Assembly: GCA_038997165.1 (NCBI GenBank)
Contig: JAWBAK010000002.1
Location: 3,083-67,082 of the forward strand
Reading direction: 5' to 3'
Source: Candidatus Aenigmatarchaeota archaeon
GTDB lineage: Archaea; Aenigmatarchaeota; Aenigmatarchaeia; CG10238-14; SpSt-28
Length of the DNA stretch: 64,000 nt
Within the stretch, counting starts at the first letter, position 1. Each line of letters starts with the position of its first letter. Shown here in pieces: positions 50,065-58,813 of this stretch. Both the position numbers and the translations under genes were made by a program. The notes below the pieces were generated by a model. That model saw nothing but the letters and a program-made list of their open reading frames with translations, was not told the origin of the DNA and did not search any database.

Positions 50065-50225
50065 TTATTTAACTGTTACAGATTTTGCTAAATTTCTAGG
50101 ATAATCTGGATTATTTCCTTTTTTTATAGCTAAAAGATAAGCTAAAATTTGCATTGGAATTATTTGATAGATAACTATATCTTCTCTTCCATCTGGTATT
50201 TTTATCCAAATATCAAAAACAGGAT
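50065..50225 (-). pseudogene. glmS: 3' remnant of glutamine--fructose-6-phosphate aminotransferase
   Basis: [30 protein letters not shown] is the GlmS C-terminus; only about 50 codons present. Confidence 0.85.
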
Positions 50226-50404
50226 CATTAAATGGAGAAACTCTAAGCTTGCTGGAAAAAAGATTGGAAACTGAAATAACAATAAAATCTTTACCTTTAA
50301 TTTTTGATTTAGATGAATATTTTTGTGTCGCTATTAAAGAAAAAGATTTGAATGGAGATGGATATATAGATAAAATTGATATCTTAGAAATAAATAAATT
50401 ATAA
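50222..50404 (+). pseudogene. headless 3' fragment with EF-hand/dockerin-like motif
   Basis: Open frame [60 protein letters not shown] with no ATG. Confidence 0.55.
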
Positions 50405-50839
50405 GTAAAATTTTTTGATTTTTGCAATTAAACCATAAGTTGAATTTTCTATTTCATTATAGTTAAATTTAGCTTTTGCAATTCCAATTAAATTATTGTT
50501 TTCATCAATTACTATTATATCATCTCCACTCCTAAAATCTTTACTATATTCTAAAATATTTTTTCTTATTATGTTTTTTGTTTTTTTAATATCATTTATA
50601 AATTCATTCTTAACTTTTATATAAAACTTTTTAGTTTCAACTAAAATTTTAGTGAATTCTATATTAATCGAAAAGAGAAAAAATTTTGGATTTAGATACA
50701 AAAATAAATTGTTGTTTAAATAAATTTCAATTTTTCTTGATCTAAATCTTTTTATTTTTAAATCTAAATTTTCAATTCTTTTTCTTATTTCTCTTCCAAA
50801 TTGAAATTCAACTATATCTAATAATTCTTCTAAATTCAT
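50399..50839 (-). CDS. stand-alone pre-PUA/PUA domain protein (arcTGT C-terminal-like)
   Basis: [26 protein letters not shown]. Confidence 0.78.
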   Translation of the reverse strand: MNLEELLDIVEFQFGREIRKRIENLDLKIKRFRSRKIEIYLNNNLFLYLNPKFFLFSINIEFTKILVETKKFYIKVKNEFINDIKKTKNIIRKNILEYSKDFRSGDDIIVIDENNNLIGIAKAKFNYNEIENSTYGLIAKIKKFYL

Positions 50840-50870
50840 AATTTACAATAAATTTTAAAAATACTATTAT

Positions 50871-50953
50871 GCCGGGGTCGCCTAGTGGATATGGCGCGGG
50901 CCTGGAGAGCCCGTGGGCGAAAGCCCGCGTGGGTTCGAATCCCACCCCCGGCG
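50871..50953 (+). tRNA. tRNA-Ser(GGA)
   Basis: CGGGC-CTGGAGA-GCCCG anticodon arm, long variable arm GGGCGAAAGCCC, GGTTCGAATCC. Confidence 0.97.
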
Positions 50954-50994
50954 AAATTTTTTAAATAATTTTTCTTTTTGCTATTATTTTCTTT

Positions 50995-52392
50995 ATGAAC
51001 AATTTCAATCTAATTTCAGCATATATCGCAACAATTATAATTCTTGTTATAACTATTGGAATCGGAGCTGTTCTTTATTTATATTTTAGTGGATATATTT
51101 CACAATTAACTTCTGAAACAGAAGAAGCAACAACGATAAAATCTATTATTGAATGTTCAAAAGCAAGAATTGATAGCTATGCGTATATAACTACTACTAC
51201 TTCAAAAGATTTTAAATATGGAGATTTTAACTATAGAATTCCAATAACAATAACAGAAAGAAGCGGAAATACTTTAATTGACTACCAAGTCTTAGTAGTA
51301 ATAAATACACAAAATTTAATTTCTCAAGGCAAAATGAGAAATGATTGTGGAGATATTAGATTTACCGATAGTGATGGAAAAACTTTATTGAATTATTGGA
51401 TTGAACCGAATACATGTAATACCGAAAATACGAGAATTTGGGTTAAAGTTCCATACATTCCTGCTAGTTCAACAAAAACAATTTATTTATACTATGGAAA
51501 CCCAGAAGCAACATCTTTAAGCAATGGAACAGCTACATTTATTGCTTTTGATTGGAAATTTGATGGACCAATCTCAGCAGGAACATATCATACTTGCGCA
51601 TTATTATCTAATGGCTCTATCATGTGCTGGGGAAGTAATTGGGCTGGTCAACTAGGTCTCGGCTACACATCATATTCAGAACAAACCCCCAAACAAGTTA
51701 TTGGTATAGACAATGCAATAGCAATATCAACAGGAGCTTTTCACACCTGCGCATTACTCTCTAATGGTTCTATCATGTGCTGGGGAGATAACACTGCCGG
51801 TCAATTAGGTCTCGGATATACAAGTGATCCTATACCCTACCCACAGCAAGTTATTGGTATAGATAATGCCATTGTAATTTCATCAGGAGCTTATCACACC
51901 TGCGCCTTACTATCTAATGGTTCTATCATGTGCTGGGGATATAACGGACATGGCCAACTAGGTCTTGGCTACACAATAGACTATGCACCAATCCCACAAC
52001 AAACACTAAACTACAACTTAGGTGGTATGTATTTCAAAACCAACGATATTTACACACCACATACTCCAAACGATATTTATTTTGTTAGGGTTTATGTAGA
52101 AATAGAACCAACAGTTTCTTTAGGAAGTGAAGAAACTTCACCAATAATAAAACTAACTATGATAAATTTAGGTATTGAGTTAGGTAAAAGATATTTAATA
52201 AAATTAATCTATGAAGATGGAAAAGTAATTGTTAGAAATATAACTCTCGATAAAAATCTTAGCTCTGGAGAATCAAAAGAAATTTATTTAACAGATTTAT
52301 CAAAAGGAAGAATTAGGAAAATAGAAATTTATAGTATAGATGTTTGTCCAAATATGTTAGTTGGAATTAGAAGTGTAAATATTGAGGTTTAA
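50995..52392 (+). CDS. pilin-like adhesin with DUF2341 domain and three RCC1 repeats
   Basis: ISAYIATIIILVITIGIG pilin/archaellin-like helix; DIRFTDSDG..LNYWIE..IWVKVP..YLYYGNP; 3x HTCALLSNGSIMCWG.N..GQLGLG. Confidence 0.88.
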   Translation: MNNFNLISAYIATIIILVITIGIGAVLYLYFSGYISQLTSETEEATTIKSIIECSKARIDSYAYITTTTSKDFKYGDFNYRIPITITERSGNTLIDYQVLVVINTQNLISQGKMRNDCGDIRFTDSDGKTLLNYWIEPNTCNTENTRIWVKVPYIPASSTKTIYLYYGNPEATSLSNGTATFIAFDWKFDGPISAGTYHTCALLSNGSIMCWGSNWAGQLGLGYTSYSEQTPKQVIGIDNAIAISTGAFHTCALLSNGSIMCWGDNTAGQLGLGYTSDPIPYPQQVIGIDNAIVISSGAYHTCALLSNGSIMCWGYNGHGQLGLGYTIDYAPIPQQTLNYNLGGMYFKTNDIYTPHTPNDIYFVRVYVEIEPTVSLGSEETSPIIKLTMINLGIELGKRYLIKLIYEDGKVIVRNITLDKNLSSGESKEIYLTDLSKGRIRKIEIYSIDVCPNMLVGIRSVNIEV

Positions 52393-52787
52393 ACAACTAT
52401 ACTTGCAATTTTTCCTATTGCACTAAATCTTTCAACAACTTCTTTAGCTACTGGTCCTCTAATTTCTGTTCCTTTCGGTTCTCCTTCTTCATTAACAATT
52501 ATAGCTGCATTATCTTCAAATTTGACTCTTAATCCATTAGCTCTTCTTATTTCTTTTCTTTGCCTAATAATTACAGCCCAAAATAATTGTTTTTTAACTT
52601 CTGGAGTTCCATCTACAACACTAACTTTAACCATATCTGCTAATCCTGCTTTAGGATATCTTTTTCTTCTTCCTTTATAACCTCTTACAGCAATAATTTT
52701 TAAAATTCTTGCACCACTATTATCTGCACAAACTAAATAACTTCCAACGTTTAAAGCTTTTGTTATTTTAGAAGTTATACCTTTCAT
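52389..52787 (-). CDS. rpl14: 50S ribosomal protein uL14
   Basis: CADNSGA, FEDNAA, GPVAKE. Confidence 0.97.
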   Translation of the reverse strand: MKGITSKITKALNVGSYLVCADNSGARILKIIAVRGYKGRRKRYPKAGLADMVKVSVVDGTPEVKKQLFWAVIIRQRKEIRRANGLRVKFEDNAAIIVNEEGEPKGTEIRGPVAKEVVERFSAIGKIASIVV

Positions 52788-53119
52788 ATTTTAGCTATTA
52801 CTACAAAATGTTTTGTTTTTGAAATTGGTCTAGTTTCACCTATTAAAACTTTATCACCATCCTTAACTTCTATACAATCTGGCAAATGAGCTTTAATTTT
52901 GCTTCTTTTTCTCATATATCTTTCATATTTTGGAACATAAACTACATAATCTCTTTGAACAGTAACTGTTTTGCTCATTTTTGTAGAAACTACAATTCCC
53001 TCTAATAACTTTCCTCTAATTTTAGTGTGACCATGCCATGGACATCTAGTATCGCTACAAAATTTTTCTGGTGGCTTTATTCCTTCTATTCCAATATTGT
53101 TAATTTTAACTTTTGCCAT
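52784..53119 (-). CDS. rps17: 30S ribosomal protein uS17
   Basis: CPWHG, KYERY, ETRPISKTK. Confidence 0.97.
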   Translation of the reverse strand: MAKVKINNIGIEGIKPPEKFCSDTRCPWHGHTKIRGKLLEGIVVSTKMSKTVTVQRDYVVYVPKYERYMRKRSKIKAHLPDCIEVKDGDKVLIGETRPISKTKHFVVIAKI

Positions 53120-53125
53120 ACTAAA

Positions 53126-53722
53126 TTAATCAATACCTAAAATTTTATATATTTTTTCTTTATTTAATTTTTTTACATTTAAAAATTTTATTTTTGCATT
53201 TTTAGCTGCTAATTTATCATATTTACTATCCCCAATAAACACTAAATTTTTTGTTTTAAATTTATTCATTATTTTTATTAAACCTTCTTTATTTGGCTTT
53301 GAATTTTTTACATCTTCTTTACAAACTAAATAATCAAAATATTTTTCTAATTTAAATTTTTTAAGAATTATTCTAGTAATTTTTTTAGATGAAGAAGTAA
53401 ATAATGCAATTTTAATATTTTTTTGTTTTAATTCTTTTAAAATATTAATAACTTTCCTTTTTTTCCTAATTTTTCCAATATTTTTTATAAAATATTTATC
53501 CTTCAGAAGTCTAATTTTTTTAATTTCATTAGAAGAAATATTAGGAATTAAAATTTTAATAATTTCTTCTAATTGAATTCCAACTAATTTTTTAAATTCT
53601 TTATATAATTTTTCAATATTTTTATATCCTAAAGACTTAACTGCAAATTTAAAAGCTTTTGCATGTAATTCAACACTATCAACTAATGTTCCATCTAAAT
53701 CAAAAACTACTACAAATTTCAT
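53126..53722 (-). CDS. HAD-superfamily hydrolase
   Basis: FDLDGTLVDS, KP, IGDS..D. Confidence 0.92.
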   Translation of the reverse strand: MKFVVVFDLDGTLVDSVELHAKAFKFAVKSLGYKNIEKLYKEFKKLVGIQLEEIIKILIPNISSNEIKKIRLLKDKYFIKNIGKIRKKRKVINILKELKQKNIKIALFTSSSKKITRIILKKFKLEKYFDYLVCKEDVKNSKPNKEGLIKIMNKFKTKNLVFIGDSKYDKLAAKNAKIKFLNVKKLNKEKIYKILGID

Positions 53723-53727
53723 AAAAA

Positions 53728-53895
53728 TTAAGTTTTTATTTTTTTTCTTCGCCAGTTTGTTTCTATGTAAGTTCTAATTCTTCTAGTTTTTATTCTTTTT
53801 AATCCAAATTTTTTAATACTAGCCCAAATAGGGGCATCTTTAATTTTTGCTATTCTGGCTAATTTTATTTTTTTTGTTATGTGTTTTATTGCCAT
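53728..53895 (-). CDS. rpl39e: 50S ribosomal protein eL39 (divergent), not in ORF track
   Basis: MAIKHITKKIKLARIAKIKDAPIWASIKK...NWRRKKIK: K..LA, P.W and WRR motifs. Confidence 0.78.
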   Translation of the reverse strand: MAIKHITKKIKLARIAKIKDAPIWASIKKFGLKRIKTRRIRTYIETNWRRKKIKT

Positions 53896-53924
53896 AACAT
53901 TTAGAAATTAAATATTAAAATATT

Positions 53925-54515
53925 TTAATAAAACGATATAGGTAGAATATTCAAATCTTTATAACCACAAGTTTTTTTAATATAATATATTGTTTTAATA
54001 TCTAAATCTTTAACTAGTAATTCTCTAATATTTTCGTAATTATCTTTTCTTATAGCTTCTCTAATCATAGAAGAAGAAATAGATCTCTCTTTATCGTATA
54101 TAACTTTAACGTTAATACCAAAAAAATTAAAAGTAAAAAAGTATAAAGAATAAATTAATTTTCTACTAAGATCTCTTGTAAATATAATAACACTATTTTT
54201 AGAATTTTCAGAAGTTTTACAAGAACTTAAAATTAAATATTGAATATTTTTTAAGAAATTTATATCGAGAATATTTTGTGGTATAATATGGCATTTATTT
54301 CTAAGAAAAGGATAATCATTAATAATAGATCTGATATAATTAATTCTTAATTTAATAGGTATTGGATTTTTTTGAGATAAAATTTCTTTTCCATTTTTTT
54401 CATAGTATATAGGTACAATTATTATTTTATCGCAATTTTCAAAATAATTTATAAGAGTTTTAAAATGTCCTTTATGAAATGGTTGAAATCTACCAATATA
54501 AATTCCTATAATCAT
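53925..54515 (-). CDS. cytidylyltransferase-like (NMNAT-like) nucleotidyltransferase
   Basis: YIGRFQPFHKGH, NP, ISSSMIRE. Confidence 0.82.
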   Translation of the reverse strand: MIIGIYIGRFQPFHKGHFKTLINYFENCDKIIIVPIYYEKNGKEILSQKNPIPIKLRINYIRSIINDYPFLRNKCHIIPQNILDINFLKNIQYLILSSCKTSENSKNSVIIFTRDLSRKLIYSLYFFTFNFFGINVKVIYDKERSISSSMIREAIRKDNYENIRELLVKDLDIKTIYYIKKTCGYKDLNILPISFY

Positions 54516-54551
54516 AATAATTAAAGAATTTATTCTTTTAAAGTAGTTAAT

Positions 54552-55460
54552 TTATTTTAATAAGGATAATTTAAATAAAATTGGTAGTGCTATTGTTGCA
54601 TCACAAAAAATATTAATATGTTTTGCGTTTTCTTTAATTTTATTCCAGCTTATTGCCTCTCTAGTTTTAGCTCCACTTAAGCTACCATCTTCTTCAATTG
54701 CAGTAGAAATATATATTGCATAGTCTAACCCATTTTTAAATTGGGCATGCCAAATTGCATGATGCTTAGAAATTCCACCACCAATTATTAATGCACCCAA
54801 TTTTTTACTTTTCCAAATAATATCGCTTATTAAGCTTTCATCTAAAGAAATATTAATGATAAAATCTTTATATTTTTGATTAAACAACCATATTTGATAT
54901 CCAACGGCACCATCGAAAATTCCAGGAACTACTATTGGAATTTTATTTTTATTTGCCCAATATAATATAGAGCTTTCATTTAATTCCTCCCCAATTATCC
55001 AGCACAATTCATAAGTTGATATTTCTTTTTTCTTTTCATAGATTTTTTTCAATAAATTTTGCATAAAATTTTCAATAGTTTTTCCATAATTTTCAAAAGG
55101 AATTAATATATTACCTAATCTATGAAATCCTTTATTTTTTAATTCTTTATCATCTATTTCAAAATATCCTTGATAATAATTTCCAAAAGATTTTGCAATG
55201 TCATGATCTAACGTTCCACAAGTTGTAATTATTAAATCAAAATACTTCTCTTTTATTAAATCTTTGAATAATCCTCTTAATCCTGTAGAAACCAAATTTC
55301 CGGTAAAAGTTAATATTTTAGTAACATTTTTATCAAATATAAATTCTTTCAAAATTTCTGATGCTATATATAAATTTCTTGCTTGAAAGCCGCCAATATT
55401 TTCAAATACTAAATTTAGATTTTTTAAATCTTCTAATGAAATATCTTTAACATTTTTCAT
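54552..55460 (-). CDS. dys: deoxyhypusine synthase
   Basis: GNLVSTGLR, GGGISKHH, DGSLSGA...EAISW.K. Confidence 0.95.
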   Translation of the reverse strand: MKNVKDISLEDLKNLNLVFENIGGFQARNLYIASEILKEFIFDKNVTKILTFTGNLVSTGLRGLFKDLIKEKYFDLIITTCGTLDHDIAKSFGNYYQGYFEIDDKELKNKGFHRLGNILIPFENYGKTIENFMQNLLKKIYEKKKEISTYELCWIIGEELNESSILYWANKNKIPIVVPGIFDGAVGYQIWLFNQKYKDFIINISLDESLISDIIWKSKKLGALIIGGGISKHHAIWHAQFKNGLDYAIYISTAIEEDGSLSGAKTREAISWNKIKENAKHINIFCDATIALPILFKLSLLK

Positions 55461-55487
55461 AAATAAGAATATTTTTTATTTATTCTT

Positions 55488-57797
55488 ATGGACAAAAATG
55501 AATTAAGAAATTATTTTTCAAAAAATTGGCACGAATATTACTATTTAGATTTTTTTAAGGAATATGGTTTTAAAAGAAAGCAATGTATAAAATGTAAAAG
55601 ATTTTTTTGGACTTTAGATGAAAATAGGAATACATGCAATGATTCTAGTTGCGATGGCTATTCGTTTATTGGCAAAAAGATAGAAGATATTGATTATATT
55701 GAGGCATGGAAAAGAATTGAAAAATTTTTCATAAAAAATGGACATGAAAGTATAAGAAGATATCCTGTAGTTGCTAGATGGTTTCCAGATTTATATTTTG
55801 TAGTAGCAAGTGTTGTAAATTTTTATAGAAAAGTTAATGGAAACATAGATTTTGAATTACCTGCAGATAAAGTAATTGTTCCTCAATTTTGTTTAAGATT
55901 TAACGATCTAGAAAATGTCGGAATTACTGGTAGACATTATGTAAGTTTTGTAATGATTGGTCAACATACTATTCCAGAACAAAATGGATATTGGAAAGAT
56001 GAAACAATTAGATTAGATTTCGAATTATTAACAAAAGAATTTAAAATAGATCCTATAGAAATAACATTTATAGAAGATGTTTGGATAGGTTCGCAAGCTT
56101 TTGGATATAGTTTAGAATATTTTGTTAGTGGATTAGAATTGGGAAATGCAGTATTTACAGAATTTGAATTTTATGGAAATTCATTTAGAAAACTTTCTAA
56201 AAGATTTGTAGATATGGGTGCTGGATTAGAAAGATTTCCTTGGCTATTAAGTGGAAAACCTAATAGTTATTTAATAACTTTTGAACCAGTAATAAATTTT
56301 ATTATAAAATCTGAAGGAATAAAATTTGATGATGATTTTCTTTTTAAATTCTATTATAATGCCGGTTATTTTGATTTAACAGAAATAGATATAGAAGATT
56401 TTTATAAGAATATAAGTAACAAAATAGGATTAAATATAGAAGAAATAAAGAATAAAATAAATTTATATTCTTCAATATTTAGGATTGCAGATTTTAGTAG
56501 AGCACTATTATTAGCAATAAATGATGGGGCATTACCAAGTAATGTTGGTGGCGGATATAATTTAAGAATAATTCTTAGAAAAATTCTAAAATATTATGAG
56601 CAAAATAAATTCAATTTTGATTTAATAAAAATTTTTGAAATTTTAGCAAATCAATTAGAATATTTTGATAATACACTAAAAGAAAGCATTGATGTTATTC
56701 AAAAGGTTATTGAAGTTGAAAAGAAAAAGTATCAAAATACAAAACAACAAGCTATAAAAGTTGTAAAAAAAATTCTAAGTGAAAAAGGCAAATTAGAAAA
56801 AGATGATATAAGATTATTATACGAAAGTTTTGGAGTAAGGCCAGAATTTTTAGAAGAGGAATTAGGAATAAGAATTGATAAAAAGATTATTGAAGATATA
56901 AGAAAAAAAGAAGAAATTAGAATTGAAGAAAGAAAAATAAACGTTCCTAATATTGAAGTCAAGGAAATGTATTATGATGATATTTATGAATTCGAAGCAA
57001 AAATTGAAAAAATAATTGATAATTATATAATATTAGATAGAACAGCATTTTTTCCTACGCAAGGGGGCCAAAAATACGATACAGGATTTATAGAAAATTC
57101 TAAAGTTATAGAAGTAATTAAAGTTGGGAAAACAATATTACATAAAGTTGATAGCTTAGAAAATTTAAAAGAAGGACAAATAGTTAAATGTAAGATAGAT
57201 GTAGAAAGAAGAAAGCAATTGACTATTCATCACGATTCTGCTCATATAATTTTGGCTGCTGCTAGAAAAGTTTTAGGAAAACATGTATGGCAAGCTGGTG
57301 CAGAAAAAGATGTAGATAAAGCTAGAATAGATATTACTCATTTTGAAAATTTAAATGAAAAACAAATCGAAGAAATAGAAAATTATGCGAATGAAATTGT
57401 TAATAAAAATTTAAAAATAGAGAAAGAGATTTTAGATAGAAGTGAAGCAGAAAAAAAGTATGGATTTAAGATATATCAAGGAGGATACGTACCAGAAAAA
57501 AAGATTAGAATTGTTAAAATAGGAGATATTGATATAGAAGCGTGTAGTGGAACACATGGAAACAATACTAAAGAAATTGGATTAATAAAAATAATTTCTA
57601 CTAAAAAAATCTCAGATGATATTATTAGAATAGAGTTTGTAGCTGGTGATGCTGCTATAAAATTTTTAAAAGAAAAAGAGAAAATCTTAGATGAAATATG
57701 TAACTTTTTAAATTGTTCATATGAAGAAGCAATCGAAAAAGTAAAGAATCTATTTAATTTATGGAAAGAAAGGAGAAAAAAATTAAATAATTTTTAG
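55488..57797 (+). CDS. alaS: alanine--tRNA ligase lacking the C-terminal DHHA1/C-Ala domain
   Basis: RYPVVARW, GLELGNAVF, DMGAGLER, H...H and ACSGTH editing motifs. Confidence 0.94.
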   Translation: MDKNELRNYFSKNWHEYYYLDFFKEYGFKRKQCIKCKRFFWTLDENRNTCNDSSCDGYSFIGKKIEDIDYIEAWKRIEKFFIKNGHESIRRYPVVARWFPDLYFVVASVVNFYRKVNGNIDFELPADKVIVPQFCLRFNDLENVGITGRHYVSFVMIGQHTIPEQNGYWKDETIRLDFELLTKEFKIDPIEITFIEDVWIGSQAFGYSLEYFVSGLELGNAVFTEFEFYGNSFRKLSKRFVDMGAGLERFPWLLSGKPNSYLITFEPVINFIIKSEGIKFDDDFLFKFYYNAGYFDLTEIDIEDFYKNISNKIGLNIEEIKNKINLYSSIFRIADFSRALLLAINDGALPSNVGGGYNLRIILRKILKYYEQNKFNFDLIKIFEILANQLEYFDNTLKESIDVIQKVIEVEKKKYQNTKQQAIKVVKKILSEKGKLEKDDIRLLYESFGVRPEFLEEELGIRIDKKIIEDIRKKEEIRIEERKINVPNIEVKEMYYDDIYEFEAKIEKIIDNYIILDRTAFFPTQGGQKYDTGFIENSKVIEVIKVGKTILHKVDSLENLKEGQIVKCKIDVERRKQLTIHHDSAHIILAAARKVLGKHVWQAGAEKDVDKARIDITHFENLNEKQIEEIENYANEIVNKNLKIEKEILDRSEAEKKYGFKIYQGGYVPEKKIRIVKIGDIDIEACSGTHGNNTKEIGLIKIISTKKISDDIIRIEFVAGDAAIKFLKEKEKILDEICNFLNCSYEEAIEKVKNLFNLWKERRKKLNNF

Positions 57798-57890
57798 AAT
57801 TTTTTTAACTTCAACAATTACTTTTTAATCATGCTTAAAATAAATTATTCTAATTTACAAAAATTTTTATTTTTCTTCCATATTATTTAA

Positions 57891-58022
57891 ATGGAAAACG
57901 AAATAGAAATTTTAATAAAAAAGTATAAAATACTTAAAGAAATTTCTAAATTTTTAAAAGTTGAAGACGAAAAAATTTTAAATACTTTAAAAAGATTTAG
58001 GAAAGAAATTGAAAATAGTTAG
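57891..58022 (+). CDS. 43-aa helical protein resembling the AlaRS post-editing helix
   Basis: MENEIEILIKKYKILKEISKFLKVEDEKILNTLKRFRKEIENS. Confidence 0.55.
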   Translation: MENEIEILIKKYKILKEISKFLKVEDEKILNTLKRFRKEIENS

Positions 58023-58310
58023 TTTAATTAAATTTTTTATAGACTATAATGCTTTAAGAATGTTATCTTGAAATATATAAATTTCGCTTGTTAATTCTGT
58101 AATTTTATAGAAGTGAGATTTAGTTTTTTCTAGCTTTTTAGATCTTTTTTTGTCTAAGAGTTTTTTAATTTTTTAAAATGTTTATGAATTAAATTTTTCA
58201 ATATTTAAGAAAAATAAGCTTTTCGCTTCATTAACTTTTAGATTTTTCATTACTATTTGTATGTCTTGACTAATTCTATTAAATTTTTCAATAATTAAAT
58301 CTAATAAACA

Positions 58311-58394
58311 TGCGGGGGGTGGGATTTGAACCCACGAAGGCACTAAGCCAACAGGTTCTGAGCCTGTCGCCTTTGACCGCTCGGCCACCCCCGC
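58311..58394 (-). tRNA. tRNA-Leu(CAG)
   Basis: Reverse complement GCGGGGGTGGCCGAGCGGTCAAAGGCG-ACAGG-CTCAGAA-CCTGT, variable arm, GGTTCAAATCC. Confidence 0.97.
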
Positions 58395-58813
58395 CTATAA
58401 AAAATTAAAAATTTTAACTTAGAATTTTTGAAAACATATTCGCTATTTTTCAATAAATTTATATTCCAATTTTCATAGCATAATCAATTCTGAGAACTAT
58501 TCTATTTCTAAAAGAAAAAGTAGTAATATCTGGATTTTTTCCTATATATTCTGTTATTTCTTTTCTGCTAAATCTCAAATTTTTAAACTACTCAAGAATA
58601 TGTGGAAATCTATCAACGATTTTTTAATACCTTCATATGAACTGCAAGGAGAAAAATGTTGATACTTTTTTGACCTTCTAAAGAGTTTTTCTAATATTTT
58701 TTCCTTTACTTTTTTAAGAGGTATATTATTATTTTTGGTGGAATAATACTATTTGTAAATCTTTTATAAACAAATTTATTCTTTACTTATAAATAGTAAA
58801 TAAATTTATATAT

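Noticed and set aside
50065..50427. Intact 120-aa protein from the ORF track
   Set aside because: Its N-terminal half is antisense to a plus-strand coding fragment; only the C-terminal part is GlmS
51560..52070. DGR variable/template repeat pair
   Set aside because: Differences among RCC1 repeats are not adenine-specific, all copies are in frame, and no reverse transcriptase is in the window
58182..58388. 68-aa ORF
   Set aside because: Reads through tRNA-Leu
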